Shown: positions 23,601 through 33,281, numbered from the stretch's first letter. The stretch: 64,000 nucleotides of DNA from an uncultured Alphaproteobacteria bacterium (GCA_902526175.1 CABZJY010000002.1:122372-186371); one strand, 5' to 3'. Notes: a model not told the origin generated them from the letters alone. Program-made: numbers and translations.

Positions 23601-24087
23601 AACTATTTTTAACTGTTTAGTTGTAATTAATGAATTCATACAAAGGGTTTCTAAATTTGGAAAGAAGTATGCTTTTTTAAATTTATCTGATGACTCAGAT
23701 GAAGTTGAAGTTGTTTGTTTTTCTGACGTTTTATCTAAAATTGAACAATTACCACACAATGGAGATATCTGTAAAGTAAAGCTGGAATTAATAAAAAATC
23801 AGGATCAAGATAGATTAATATTAGTTGATTTGGTCTTACTCGACATAAAGAAAAGTCTTAAAAATCTTGATATTCAAGTAGATTTGGATTCTTCAGTTCT
23901 TGATTTCAAAAGTTTTAAAAATATTTTGAATGATAATATTGGAGGAGAAAATCATATTACTTTTTGTCTTAAAAAAGATAATTTCGACATAAAAATAGAA
24001 TCCGAGGAAAATTTTAAAATAAATTTAAACTTTCTAAATAAATTGAAAAAAACCAGGGGGATTAAAAATATAATTAAAAAGAATTAA
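20683..24087 (+). CDS. dnaE: DNA polymerase III alpha subunit
   Basis: VGPGRGSGAGSLVA, FERFLNPER, PDFDIDF, STHAAGVVI, KFDFLGLKTL, YGFNKSHAAAY. Confidence 0.98.
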   Translation: MNNQFIHIRNYTQYSLSIGALRISDLINYCIEFQSPAIGISDFNNLFGSMEFSLECKKNGIQPILACNVSINDCNYIESELILIAKNETGFQNLSKLVSSSYLKKKKVSLSLEDLRFFANGLICLTGGMNGLVKKQFENHDINKTSCLLGDLEKIFDENLYLEIQREEPNIDSSFNEFIINYSLTKNIPLVATNENYFLKKSYHETHDALICISQQKYIDSDDRKIVGINSYLKTPNEMNLLFKNLPEAISNTINLAKCCSFIIEEKKSTLPKIYNTKDEDSILKEKSELGLQMKLRELNDNEKKSYQDRLKFELDIITKMGYSGYFLIVADFIQWAKKNKIPVGPGRGSGAGSLVAWCLTITNLDPIRFGLIFERFLNPERISMPDFDIDFCMEKRDEVIKYVQKKYDKSRVAQIITFGSFQARAALRDVGRVMQMPYSQVDSICKLVPYNPAKPVSLKESVDNDEKLKQLIKSDEIINKLFKISMNLEGLLRHASTHAAGVVISDKKLIDLLPLYRDPKSDLPVTQFTMKYVEKAGLVKFDFLGLKTLTVIEKTCSILRKKSIFIDIDNIDLNDQKTFKMLQQGKTIGVFQFDGKGMRETICQIKPTRFEDLIAIVSLYRPGPMDNIPTFIKRKNIGEKFDYLHPDLKDILDETYGIMVYQEQVMQIAQKLAGFSLAKADLLRRAMGKKIKSEMKAQKENFIGGCKKNLIKENIAENLYNEIEKFAGYGFNKSHAAAYALIAFQTAFLKSHYPLEFFCASMQCDNGNIDKISIFCKEIRSLGYKIFNPDINYSYDTFDVSYNESGCAIGINYSLSAIKNIGENSIKKLVLEREKNGKFKSIIDLLKRLDNSILNKRQLESLIYSGSLNSIESNGFFLEKNITKLLKFNSSFHENKNLFQQNLFSNEAYDFVKPNENENDWDIFTRLKKEHDSIGFYLSNHPLEYCKEIIDSNNFDKLDHIEGKKSKEKYSKTIFNCLVVINEFIQRVSKFGKKYAFLNLSDDSDEVEVVCFSDVLSKIEQLPHNGDICKVKLELIKNQDQDRLILVDLVLLDIKKSLKNLDIQVDLDSSVLDFKSFKNILNDNIGGENHITFCLKKDNFDIKIESEENFKINLNFLNKLKKTRGIKNIIKKN

Positions 24088-24092
24088 AAGTC

Positions 24093-24121
24093 TTGTAAAG
24101 TTTCAATTAAAAGTGTAAAAA
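24093..24121 (+). promoter_or_regulatory. Putative sigma70 promoter of rpsB-tsf
   Basis: TTGTAA (24093-98), N17, TAAAAA (24116-21), immediately upstream of the structured rpsB leader. Confidence 0.5.
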
Positions 24122-24132
24122 AAAAAAATATT

Positions 24133-24188
24133 CCACACATTATGCATGATCCCGGTGTTATTTTAGCATAATGGAGGTTTAACCGGAG
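24133..24188 (+). ncRNA. rpsB leader (t44 / S2 autoregulatory cis element), compact form
   Basis: CACAC...CCGGTG...TGGAGG...AACCGG layout as in known rpsB leaders. Perfect 8-bp stem CATTATGC (24138-45)/GCATAATG (24166-73); loop CCGGT (24152-56) is complementary to ACCGG (24182-86), a pseudoknot. Confidence 0.85.
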
Positions 24189-24193
24189 TTAAG

Positions 24194-24916
24194 ATGAAAA
24201 GTGTAACTATAAAAGATTTATTAGATGCTGGTATCCATTTTGGTCACAAGACCAAGAGATGGAACCCTAAAATGTCCTCATATATTTTTGGTGAAAGAAA
24301 CGGTATTCATATAATTGATTTACAACAAACAGTAGGTTGTTTGAATCGTGCATTAGACAAAATTAAAGAGTTTGCTTCGCAAAATAAAAATATTTTATTT
24401 GTGGGAACAAAAAGACAGGCCTCTGAAATTATTTCAAAAGCAGCCATTGATTGTAAACAATATTATATTAATAAGAGATGGTTAGGTGGAATGCTTACCA
24501 ACTGGGACACAATTCAAAACTCCATTAAGAGATTGAAAGAAATGGAAGTTATTTTAAGTGAAAAAAGTTATACCTATACGAAAAAGGAAACTCTTAACTT
24601 TGAAAAAAATGTAAATAAATTAAATAAGGCATTAGGTGGTATTAAAGATATGAATGGTATGCCTGACATATTATTCATTATTGATACTAACAAGGAATTT
24701 TTAGCGGTAAATGAAGCCAATAAGATAGGAATTCCTATTGTTGCTGTTGTTGATTCAAATTCAAATCCTGAAGGCATAGATTATCCAATACCAGGAAATG
24801 ATGACGCTATTAGATCAATAGAGTATTACTGCCAACACATAACAGAAACAGTTAATGAATCGAGGAAATCGTCTTTAGACAAAGATATGCAAGCTTCAAT
24901 GGAAAATAAAAAGTAG
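24194..24916 (+). CDS. rpsB: 30S ribosomal protein S2
   Basis: LLDAGIHFGH, WNPKM, HIIDL, LFVGTK, RWLGGMLTN, IPGNDDAIRS. Confidence 0.99.
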   Translation: MKSVTIKDLLDAGIHFGHKTKRWNPKMSSYIFGERNGIHIIDLQQTVGCLNRALDKIKEFASQNKNILFVGTKRQASEIISKAAIDCKQYYINKRWLGGMLTNWDTIQNSIKRLKEMEVILSEKSYTYTKKETLNFEKNVNKLNKALGGIKDMNGMPDILFIIDTNKEFLAVNEANKIGIPIVAVVDSNSNPEGIDYPIPGNDDAIRSIEYYCQHITETVNESRKSSLDKDMQASMENKK

Positions 24917-24918
24917 AA

Positions 24919-25794
24919 ATGATTTCAGCTGAAAAAATTAAAAACCTTAGGATAAAAACTGGTGCTGGAATGATGGATTGTAAGAAAGCACTTCAGGAAG
25001 TAAATGGTGACTTAGAAAGCGCAGTGGACTGGCTCAGAAAAAAGGGAATAAGCACAGCACAAAAGAAGGCCGATAGATCAGCCTCAGATGGTCTTATAAC
25101 AGTAGCAAAAGAAAACAATCTTGCTTGCATAGTTGAGATTAACTCTGAAACTGATTTTGTTGCTAGAAACGAAGATTTTCAGAATTTTTGTAACTTAGTT
25201 TCGAAAACAATATTATCTAACAAGATAGACAATATTGATGATCTTATGAAAACTAATTTAGAAAGTTCACAATCTAGCGTATCAGAATCTCTCACAGAAT
25301 TACTTGCAAAGATAGGTGAAAATATTTTAATAAAAAGATTAGATTTTATAGAATCTGATAAAAACATATTTACTCAAAAATACATCCACAATAGTGTCAA
25401 TGAAAACTCTGGAAAGATTGGTGTGTTGTTATCTATAAGATATGACAATAGTAATGAAAAGCTTGACTCGTTTACTAAAAACCTAGCTATGCATATTGCT
25501 GCAATGTCACCAAAATCTATAGATGTTAATGATTTAGATAAAGAACTTGTAGAAAGAGAAAAAAATATTTTTCAAGATCAAGAAAAAAAATCAAATAAAC
25601 CAGACGAGATTAAAGAAAAAATTATTAATGGTAAATTAAATAAATTTTTTAGTGAAGTTTGCTTATTAAAACAAGATTTTGTTATGGAAAATAAAACTAA
25701 AGTAAAAGATTACATAAATACATTTGAAAAAGAAAATAACTGTAATATAGAAATACAAGATTATTTTATTTACAAAGTCGGGGAAACATCTTAA
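24919..25794 (+). CDS. tsf: Translation elongation factor Ts
   Basis: LR.KTGAGMMDCKKAL, EINSETDFVARN, AMHIAA. Confidence 0.98.
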   Translation: MISAEKIKNLRIKTGAGMMDCKKALQEVNGDLESAVDWLRKKGISTAQKKADRSASDGLITVAKENNLACIVEINSETDFVARNEDFQNFCNLVSKTILSNKIDNIDDLMKTNLESSQSSVSESLTELLAKIGENILIKRLDFIESDKNIFTQKYIHNSVNENSGKIGVLLSIRYDNSNEKLDSFTKNLAMHIAAMSPKSIDVNDLDKELVEREKNIFQDQEKKSNKPDEIKEKIINGKLNKFFSEVCLLKQDFVMENKTKVKDYINTFEKENNCNIEIQDYFIYKVGETS

Positions 25795-25805
25795 ATATTT
25801 CTTCA

Positions 25806-26516
25806 ATGAAACCCTTATTTAATCATATTTTATTGAAGCTTTCTGGTGAAGCTTTAATGGGTAAAAAGGAGTTTGGCATTGATTTGGAAACCATAAATTC
25901 TATAACAAAACAAATATATCATATTTACAAACTAGGTATAAAAGTATCAATAGTTGTTGGCGGGGGGAATATATTTCGAGGCATATCTGCTCAAGCAAGT
26001 GGAATGGATAGAACTTCTGCTGATTATACCGGAATGATGGCGACTGTAATTAACGCATTACTTTTACAAAATTCATTAGAGAAACTCGGTCTTCAGACAA
26101 GAGTTTTATCAGCAATAAAAATGGATACAATATGTGAACCCTATATAAGAAGAAGAGCAATTAGACACGTAGAAAAAAATAGAATTGTTATTTTTGCTGC
26201 TGGAACTGGAAATCCCTTTTTTACTACAGACACAGCTGCAGCACTTAGGGCCTCTGAAATGAAGTGTGATGTAATTTTTAAGGCAACTATGGTTGATGGA
26301 ATATATGATTCTGATCCAAAAAAAAACAAAAATGCAAAAAAGTTTAAAAAATTAAGTTATAATGAAGTAATAAAAAGAAATTTAAAAATAATGGATACTT
26401 CATCAATATCGTTATCGCGAGATAATAAAATTGCTATTGTAGTGTTTTCTTTGTTGAAAGAAAACTCTCTTGTTAAGGCCTCTAAAGGTGAGGGTTCATT
26501 CACACTTATAAATTGA
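25806..26516 (+). CDS. pyrH: Uridylate kinase
   Basis: LLKLSGEALMG, VGGGNIFRG, GTGNPFFTTD, DGIYDSDP. Confidence 0.98.
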   Translation: MKPLFNHILLKLSGEALMGKKEFGIDLETINSITKQIYHIYKLGIKVSIVVGGGNIFRGISAQASGMDRTSADYTGMMATVINALLLQNSLEKLGLQTRVLSAIKMDTICEPYIRRRAIRHVEKNRIVIFAAGTGNPFFTTDTAAALRASEMKCDVIFKATMVDGIYDSDPKKNKNAKKFKKLSYNEVIKRNLKIMDTSSISLSRDNKIAIVVFSLLKENSLVKASKGEGSFTLIN

Positions 26517-26518
26517 TT

Positions 26519-27073
26519 ATGTCATTTGAAATTTCAGAATATAAAAATAAAATGAGTAAATCTTTTGAGATACTAAAGAAGGAATTATCAGGTTTAAGAA
26601 CTGGTAGAGCTTCACCAGGTTTAATAGAACCTCTAAGTGTAGATGCCTACGGTTCAAAAGTGCCTATTACACAAATTGGAAATATAAGTGTACCTGAACC
26701 CAGAATGTTATCGATACAGGTTTGGGATCAGTCACTTGTTGAAGCTGTTGAAAGCTCAATTCGAAATTCAAATCTAGGATTAAATCCTATGACAGAAGGA
26801 ACCCTCATAAGATTACCAGTTCCTGACTTGACTGAAGAGAGAAGAAAGGAAATTGTAAAGCTAGCAGGTAAATATTGTGAAGAATGCAGAATTGGAATCA
26901 GAAATATAAGAAGAGATGCAATGGATGAAGTAAAAAATAAAGAAAAAAATAAAGAAATTTCAAAGGATGAAATGTTTGAACATTCTGAAAATATACAAAA
27001 ATTAACCGACGAATTTATAGCTCAAGTAGATAGTTTATTTGAAGAAAAGGAAAAAGATATTCTTACAATATAA
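26519..27073 (+). CDS. frr: Ribosome recycling factor
   Basis: LRTGRASP, LGLNP, PDLTEERRKE, IRNIRRD; ATG at 26519. Confidence 0.98.
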   Translation: MSFEISEYKNKMSKSFEILKKELSGLRTGRASPGLIEPLSVDAYGSKVPITQIGNISVPEPRMLSIQVWDQSLVEAVESSIRNSNLGLNPMTEGTLIRLPVPDLTEERRKEIVKLAGKYCEECRIGIRNIRRDAMDEVKNKEKNKEISKDEMFEHSENIQKLTDEFIAQVDSLFEEKEKDILTI

Positions 27074-27771
27074 TGAAAAAGAGTTTTCCACTATCATATT
27101 ACCCAAAACATATTGCATTTATTATGGATGGAAATAGACGATGGGCAAAAAAAAGAAATCTTCCTTTAATTGACGGCCATAAAAAAGGAGCTAAAGTAAT
27201 TGAAAAAATTTTAGAAAAAGCTTTAGAAATTAATATCAAATATCTAACATTTTATAGTTTTTCAACTGAAAATTGGAAAAGAAGCGCAACGGAGGTAAGA
27301 GAGTTACAGAGTCTTTTAAGTAAATATCTAGAATCTGAAGCAGAGAGGTTCATAAGTGAGAAAATTAGATTTCAAACAATTGGTAATCTTAAAAAATTTG
27401 GTAACGATATTAGGGATAAAATTTTAAGACTAGAGCAAAAGACGAAAGGTTTTAATAGATTATTTTTTACCTTGGCGTTAAATTACGGAGCGAGGGATGA
27501 AATACTTAATGCAGTTAATTCAATTTTAAAAAAAAAAAAAAGTATCAATGAAAAAAATTTTACATCTTTTTTAATGACAAAAAATTTACCAGACCCTGAT
27601 TTTATTATAAGAACATCAGGTGAAATGAGAATTTCAAACTTTTTACTATGGCAAATTGCTTACACAGAACTCTATTTTACTAAAACATTATGGCCGGACT
27701 TTAATGGTATGAAATTTAATAATGCCTTGAAAAATTATATATCAAGAAAAAGAACTTATGGAAGTTCATAA
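27073..27771 (+). CDS. uppS: Undecaprenyl/polyprenyl diphosphate synthase
   Basis: HIAFIMDGNRRWA, FSTENWKR, LNYGAR, IRTSGEMRISNFLLWQ, LWPDF. Confidence 0.97.
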   Translation: MKKSFPLSYYPKHIAFIMDGNRRWAKKRNLPLIDGHKKGAKVIEKILEKALEINIKYLTFYSFSTENWKRSATEVRELQSLLSKYLESEAERFISEKIRFQTIGNLKKFGNDIRDKILRLEQKTKGFNRLFFTLALNYGARDEILNAVNSILKKKKSINEKNFTSFLMTKNLPDPDFIIRTSGEMRISNFLLWQIAYTELYFTKTLWPDFNGMKFNNALKNYISRKRTYGSS

Positions 27772-28596
27772 ATGAATTTATCAAGAATTTACAGTTCAGT
27801 TTTCATGTTATTTTTCCTTCTACTTTGCTTAAAAAGTTCTTTGTTTTTTAAAATTTTCTTTATACATATTTTATCATTCTTTGCAATTTGGGAATATTTA
27901 AGAATCATAAAATTATCAAAAATAAAAAATAAAAATGAAACCGCAGATATAAATTTAACTAGAATAAGACTTAATATTGGTGATTATATGGTTTTATTTT
28001 CTTTTCAATTATTTTTTTTGTTAAATAATAATTCGTTTTCTATTGCTTCACCAATTTTAATGGTGTTTACAATATTACTAATATTTTATTTTTTTAATAA
28101 GAAAAGATTAAAATATTCTTTTGGTCTATTTTATATTTTTTTCCCCTTTTTTTTTTTTAATGAGCTAATTGATGACAATTATTTATTTTTTCTAACTATT
28201 GCATTTACAGTTACAATTTCTACTGATGTTGGAGCTTATATAGCTGGAAATATTATAGGAGGTTCGAAAATTGCTCCAACACTTAGCCCTAATAAAACCT
28301 GGGCTGGTTTCTTTGGAGGAATATTGGCAACACTTTTCATCTCAAATTTTATTTTTCAAAATAATAGTTCCATTGTTTATGGAACATTATTTTTTTTATT
28401 TGCTTCAATAGTTTGTCAGTTAGGTGATATGACTGAATCTGCTCTAAAAAGAAGCTTTAATATTAAAGATAGCGGAAGTTTTATACCTGGACATGGTGGT
28501 ATATTAGATAGATTAGATAGCTTTTTTACTTTAATTCTATTTATAATGTTATTAAATTTTCTTAATTTTGATTTTTCATCTCATTTTGTTTTATAA
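27772..28596 (+). CDS. cdsA: Phosphatidate cytidylyltransferase
   Basis: TDVGAY, SPNKTWAG, GDMTESALKR, KDSGSFIPGHGGILDRLDS. Confidence 0.96.
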   Translation: MNLSRIYSSVFMLFFLLLCLKSSLFFKIFFIHILSFFAIWEYLRIIKLSKIKNKNETADINLTRIRLNIGDYMVLFSFQLFFLLNNNSFSIASPILMVFTILLIFYFFNKKRLKYSFGLFYIFFPFFFFNELIDDNYLFFLTIAFTVTISTDVGAYIAGNIIGGSKIAPTLSPNKTWAGFFGGILATLFISNFIFQNNSSIVYGTLFFLFASIVCQLGDMTESALKRSFNIKDSGSFIPGHGGILDRLDSFFTLILFIMLLNFLNFDFSSHFVL

Positions 28597-28603
28597 TTCT
28601 AAA

Positions 28604-29761
28604 ATGGCTAAGAAAAAAATTACTATATTAGGTTCATCTGGATCTGTTGGCAGATCAACATTAGATATCGTTTATAATCACCCTGATAAATTTGAGATAG
28701 TAGGTTTAACAATAAATAAAGATTATCCTACACTTATTAAACAAATTAAAACTTTTAGCCCAAAAGTTGTTGCAATTAAAAATGATGAGGCATATAAAAA
28801 ATTTAAATCTGAGAGTAATTTTGATAATGTTACTGTAATTGGTGGTGATAAGTGTTTAACTGATATATTAGATTTTTCTGTTGATTTTGTAATGGCAAGT
28901 ATTGTTGGATCAGCAGGACTTTTACCTATCCTTAAAGCTGCGCAAAAAGGTTATACTATTGGATTAGCAAATAAAGAAAGTTTAGTTTGTTCTGGATCTA
29001 TACTGAAAGAGGTTGTTCGTAAAAATAATTCTAAAATTTTACCAATAGATTCTGAGCATAATGCCATATTTCAAGTATTTGAAAATGATAATAAAAGCGA
29101 AATTGAAAAGATAATTTTGACAGCTTCTGGCGGACCTTTTATTGGAAAAACTATTAAAGATTTGAGGAATGTTTCACCAAATGATGCAATAAAACATCCA
29201 AATTGGTCTATGGGAAAAAAAATTTCAGTAGATTCTGCAACATTGATGAACAAAGGTCTCGAAGTTATTGAGGCTCATTATCTTTTTGATATTCCTATTG
29301 AAAAAATTGACGTTTTAGTTCATCCACAATCAATTGTACATTCCTGTGTTGAATATGCCGATGGTTCAATTTTAGCTCAAATGGGTTCTCCTGACATGAA
29401 AACACCAATTGCGTATGCGCTTGCTTACCCTAAAAGAATAAGTGCACCTGTAGAAAAATTAAGTTTGAGTAAGATTAATCAATTAACATTTCAGGAACCA
29501 GATTATCATACATTTCCCGCACTAAAATTAGCTATGGAGGCATTAAAAATAAAACAAAATGCACCTACAATACTTAATGCAGCCAATGAAGTTGCGGTTG
29601 AAGCATTTTTAGATAAAAAAATATCTTTTTTATCAATTTCTAAAATAGTTGATTTAACTTTAAATAAAGCTAAAATTTGCAAAATAAAGAGTTTGGATGA
29701 TTTACTTGAAGAAGATAAGCTGGCAAGAAAAATGGCAAATGAAATAGTGTTATCGATATAA
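28604..29761 (+). CDS. dxr: 1-deoxy-D-xylulose-5-phosphate reductoisomerase
   Basis: ILGSSGSVG, LANKESLV, LPIDSEHNAIFQ, TASGGPF, HPNWSMGKKISVDSA, NAANE; ATG at 28604. Confidence 0.98.
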   Translation: MAKKKITILGSSGSVGRSTLDIVYNHPDKFEIVGLTINKDYPTLIKQIKTFSPKVVAIKNDEAYKKFKSESNFDNVTVIGGDKCLTDILDFSVDFVMASIVGSAGLLPILKAAQKGYTIGLANKESLVCSGSILKEVVRKNNSKILPIDSEHNAIFQVFENDNKSEIEKIILTASGGPFIGKTIKDLRNVSPNDAIKHPNWSMGKKISVDSATLMNKGLEVIEAHYLFDIPIEKIDVLVHPQSIVHSCVEYADGSILAQMGSPDMKTPIAYALAYPKRISAPVEKLSLSKINQLTFQEPDYHTFPALKLAMEALKIKQNAPTILNAANEVAVEAFLDKKISFLSISKIVDLTLNKAKICKIKSLDDLLEEDKLARKMANEIVLSI

Positions 29762-29773
29762 ATCAATAAAGTT

Positions 29774-30844
29774 ATGATTATAGAAACATTTTTTAGCTTT
29801 TTAAATACTATATTCCCTTTTTTGGTAATATTAACTATATTAGTTTTTGTTCATGAATTAGGCCACTACTTGCTTGCCATCTACAATGGTGTGAAAGTTG
29901 AAGTATTTTCAATTGGGTTTGGAAAAGAATTATTTGGTTTTGATGATAGGAAGGGTACTAGGTGGAAATTTTCTCTTATTCCTTTAGGTGGTTATGTAAA
30001 GATGCACGGAGATGCAGATGAAGCTAGTTCGCAACAAGTCGAAGCCAATGAAAAACAAAAAATAGACGAAAATTTATCCTTTCATACTAAATCTGTTGGG
30101 GCAAGATCTGCAATTCTTTTTGCAGGTCCCTTAGCAAATTTTTTGTTTTCGTTTATTTTACTTGTTTTTATAAACTCATGGTTTGGTTATAGTGTTAACA
30201 AACCCATTATATCAGAATTAATCCCAAATAAACCTGCAGAAATATCAGGTTTAGCAGTTGGAGATACAATTTTAATGGTTGATAATTCAGAAATAGAAAC
30301 ATTTGAAGATATAAAAGAAAATATTAAAGATTTAAATGGAGAGATTATAGATTTTGTTGTTGAAAGAAATGATAAGCAATTGAATTTTAAAGTTAAAGTT
30401 GAAAATGGTTTGGTTGGTATAAGAGGTAGTGAAAGTTTTAAGAAGAAACTATCTTTCACTCAATCTTTAATAAAATCCTACGAACAGATATTTTATTTTA
30501 CTAAAGCAACTTTGGTTGGGATTTATGAAATATTTAAAGGTGACAGAAGCTCTGAAGAACTTGGAGGACCAATTAGAATAGCGGAATTATCATCTGACTT
30601 CTGGGAAAAGGGTGTATATAGTACTCTTTGGTTTATGGTTTTAATTTCATTAAATCTTGGACTAATAAACCTATTTCCTATACCACTTCTAGATGGTGGA
30701 CATCTTCTATTTAATGCTGTAGAGGTTATTAAAGGATCACCTGTAGATAAAAAATTTATGCACATGTTTAATAGTATTGGATTTTTTATCTTAATTTCAT
30801 TAATGCTTTTTGCAACTTACAATGATGTCTCAAGATTTTTGTAG
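29774..30844 (+). CDS. rseP: RIP metalloprotease RseP (single PDZ domain)
   Basis: HELGH, FSIGFG, PLGGYVKM, AGPLAN, NLFPIPLLDGGH. Confidence 0.96.
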   Translation: MIIETFFSFLNTIFPFLVILTILVFVHELGHYLLAIYNGVKVEVFSIGFGKELFGFDDRKGTRWKFSLIPLGGYVKMHGDADEASSQQVEANEKQKIDENLSFHTKSVGARSAILFAGPLANFLFSFILLVFINSWFGYSVNKPIISELIPNKPAEISGLAVGDTILMVDNSEIETFEDIKENIKDLNGEIIDFVVERNDKQLNFKVKVENGLVGIRGSESFKKKLSFTQSLIKSYEQIFYFTKATLVGIYEIFKGDRSSEELGGPIRIAELSSDFWEKGVYSTLWFMVLISLNLGLINLFPIPLLDGGHLLFNAVEVIKGSPVDKKFMHMFNSIGFFILISLMLFATYNDVSRFL

Positions 30845-30849
30845 ATATA

Positions 30850-33249
30850 ATGTATAAGTGCTTTATATATTTTAAGATATTTACTGTCTGTTTATTTATA
30901 ATTAATTATGTATTTCTCCAAAAAATAAATTCCAATGAATTGTATCCTACTACTCCTTCATCATCCTATGGCAGCGATTATTTCAAAAAAAAAAAATTAG
31001 ATAATAACTACGAGATAAAAAACGAAGATTTTAAACAAAAAGAAGTAAATAGAAATTTAAAGCCAAATCAAAAAAATATTAAAGTAAAGGGAAATATTAG
31101 ATTAGATTCTAATGTAATAATAAGAGATTCAAAAATAAACGAATACGATTTGTTAGATCAGAAAGCATTTAGCAATATAATTAAAAATCTATATGCAACA
31201 GGGTATTTTAGTGATGTAAAAATCACTGAAAATAAACAAAACATTTTTATAAGTATAAAAGAAAACCCGATAATAGATAATATAGCTTTTGAGGGTAATA
31301 AAGAAATAAATGATGAAACAATTTTAAGTGAAATTTCATTGAGAACTAAAAAAGTATTTTCTTCAAATAAAGTTAAATCTGATGTTTTAAAAATTCAAAA
31401 TCTTTATAAGAGATTAGGTTTTTTTTCTACTTTTATTGATCCAAAAATAATAAATTTAGGACAAAATAGAATTAATCTAGTATTTGAAATAAGCGAGGGA
31501 TTAGAAGCAAAAATAAAAAAAATTAATTTTATTGGTAACAAAGAATTTTCTGATTCTACTCTAAGTGATGTTATTTATTCCGAGCAAAGCAGATGGTATA
31601 AATTTTGGGGATCGAGTGATAAATTTGATCAAGATAGAATTGATTACGATAAAGATTTGTTAAAAAAATATTATTACGACAATGGGTATATAGACTTTAG
31701 AGTAGTTTCAGCTAATTCTCAACTGGTAATGGATAGAAAAAATTTTGTCATTAACTTTAAGGTGTTTGAAGGTTCTAGATATTCGATTGAAGAAATAAAT
31801 ATAGAAATAACTAATAAAGAACTAAAAAATATAAATTTTTATGATCTAATTTCGTCTGAAGTAGATGATTGGTTCAGTTCAAAACTAGTAGAAAGGGATA
31901 TTGATAGAATTACAGAGAAATCTTCTGACTTTGGATTTGCATTTGTTGATGTAAGACCAAAAATTAGAAAAAGTAATGGTGGAAAAGTTATCTTAACATA
32001 CGTTATTCAAGAGAGCGAAAAAATTTATGTTGAGAGAATAAATATTAGAGGAAATACAAAAACTCATGACAAAGTTATTAGAAGAGAAATACAATTTTCA
32101 GAGGGTGATGCTTTCAATTTATCAAAAATAAAAAAATCTGAGAGAAATCTTAATAAATTAGGACTTTTTAATAAAGTTGAATTAAATTATGATCCACTTC
32201 CAAGGTCTAATAAGACAAATATAGACATTGAAATTGAAGAAGCTTCAACGGGCGAATTTTCTGTTGGTGCAGGTTTCTCTTCACTAGACGGAGCTTTGGC
32301 AAATGTTGGTATTAAAGAATCTAATTTATTTGGTGAAGGAAGAGAACTTTCACTTTCACTAGGTATTTCAACTAGAAAGTCAAATATAGATTTAAAATAT
32401 ACAGAACCTTTTTTTCTCGGCAAAAACATTGCTACTGGAATTGATATTTTTAATATCAGAAATAATATGAAAACTTATAGTGGCTACAAACATAATATGA
32501 TTGGTTTTAAATTAAGGGCCGGATACGAAATAATTGACGATTTAAGACATTTTTCTAGTTATACATTACGAAGAGATAAAATTCATGATATTGATCCAGC
32601 TACATCAATTTATATAAGATCACAAGAAGGTAAGAATGTGACTTCAGCAATTGGACAGGCATTACAATACGATAACTTAAATGACAGATTAAATCCAACC
32701 GATGGCTACAGACTAAGATTTGATATAGATTATTTTGGTCTAGGTGGTGATTCAAATCATATTACTACTGAACTTAAATTTGCAAAATTTACTAAATTGT
32801 TTGAAACAACTTTCGTTGGTAATTTTATTGAATTAGGATACATAGAGCCACTAGATGATCAGGTCAAAATTAATGATAGATTTATTTTTACTGGAGAAAG
32901 AATTAGAGGATTTAAAAATGCTGGTGTTGGCCCTAGGGATGTTTCAACTACCGATGCTTTAGGTGGAGAGAAATATATTATTTCAAGAAATGAATTAAAT
33001 TTTCCACTAGGTTTGCCTGAAGACTTAGGCGTCGGCGGTCTAATTTTTGGTGATATTGGAACATTGTTTAAAGCATCTGAAACAGGTACTAATGTAAGAG
33101 ATGATATAAAAATAAGAGCCTCAGCTGGTGTTGGTATTTCATGGCAATCTCCATTTGGACCAGTTAAGATTTATTTATCAAAGGCATTCTTAAAAGAATC
33201 ATTTGATAAAGTCGAGACATTTCGTTTTAGTTTTGGTACAACATATTAA
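30850..33249 (+). CDS. bamA: Outer membrane protein assembly factor BamA
   Basis: POTRA repeats (LYATGYFSDV, YYYDNGY, GNTKTHDKVIRRE), IRGF loop, WQSPFGP, C-terminal FRFSFGTTY. Confidence 0.96.
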   Translation: MYKCFIYFKIFTVCLFIINYVFLQKINSNELYPTTPSSSYGSDYFKKKKLDNNYEIKNEDFKQKEVNRNLKPNQKNIKVKGNIRLDSNVIIRDSKINEYDLLDQKAFSNIIKNLYATGYFSDVKITENKQNIFISIKENPIIDNIAFEGNKEINDETILSEISLRTKKVFSSNKVKSDVLKIQNLYKRLGFFSTFIDPKIINLGQNRINLVFEISEGLEAKIKKINFIGNKEFSDSTLSDVIYSEQSRWYKFWGSSDKFDQDRIDYDKDLLKKYYYDNGYIDFRVVSANSQLVMDRKNFVINFKVFEGSRYSIEEINIEITNKELKNINFYDLISSEVDDWFSSKLVERDIDRITEKSSDFGFAFVDVRPKIRKSNGGKVILTYVIQESEKIYVERINIRGNTKTHDKVIRREIQFSEGDAFNLSKIKKSERNLNKLGLFNKVELNYDPLPRSNKTNIDIEIEEASTGEFSVGAGFSSLDGALANVGIKESNLFGEGRELSLSLGISTRKSNIDLKYTEPFFLGKNIATGIDIFNIRNNMKTYSGYKHNMIGFKLRAGYEIIDDLRHFSSYTLRRDKIHDIDPATSIYIRSQEGKNVTSAIGQALQYDNLNDRLNPTDGYRLRFDIDYFGLGGDSNHITTELKFAKFTKLFETTFVGNFIELGYIEPLDDQVKINDRFIFTGERIRGFKNAGVGPRDVSTTDALGGEKYIISRNELNFPLGLPEDLGVGGLIFGDIGTLFKASETGTNVRDDIKIRASAGVGISWQSPFGPVKIYLSKAFLKESFDKVETFRFSFGTTY

Positions 33250-33281
33250 TATAAAATTATTATTAATTTACAGGAGTAAAA

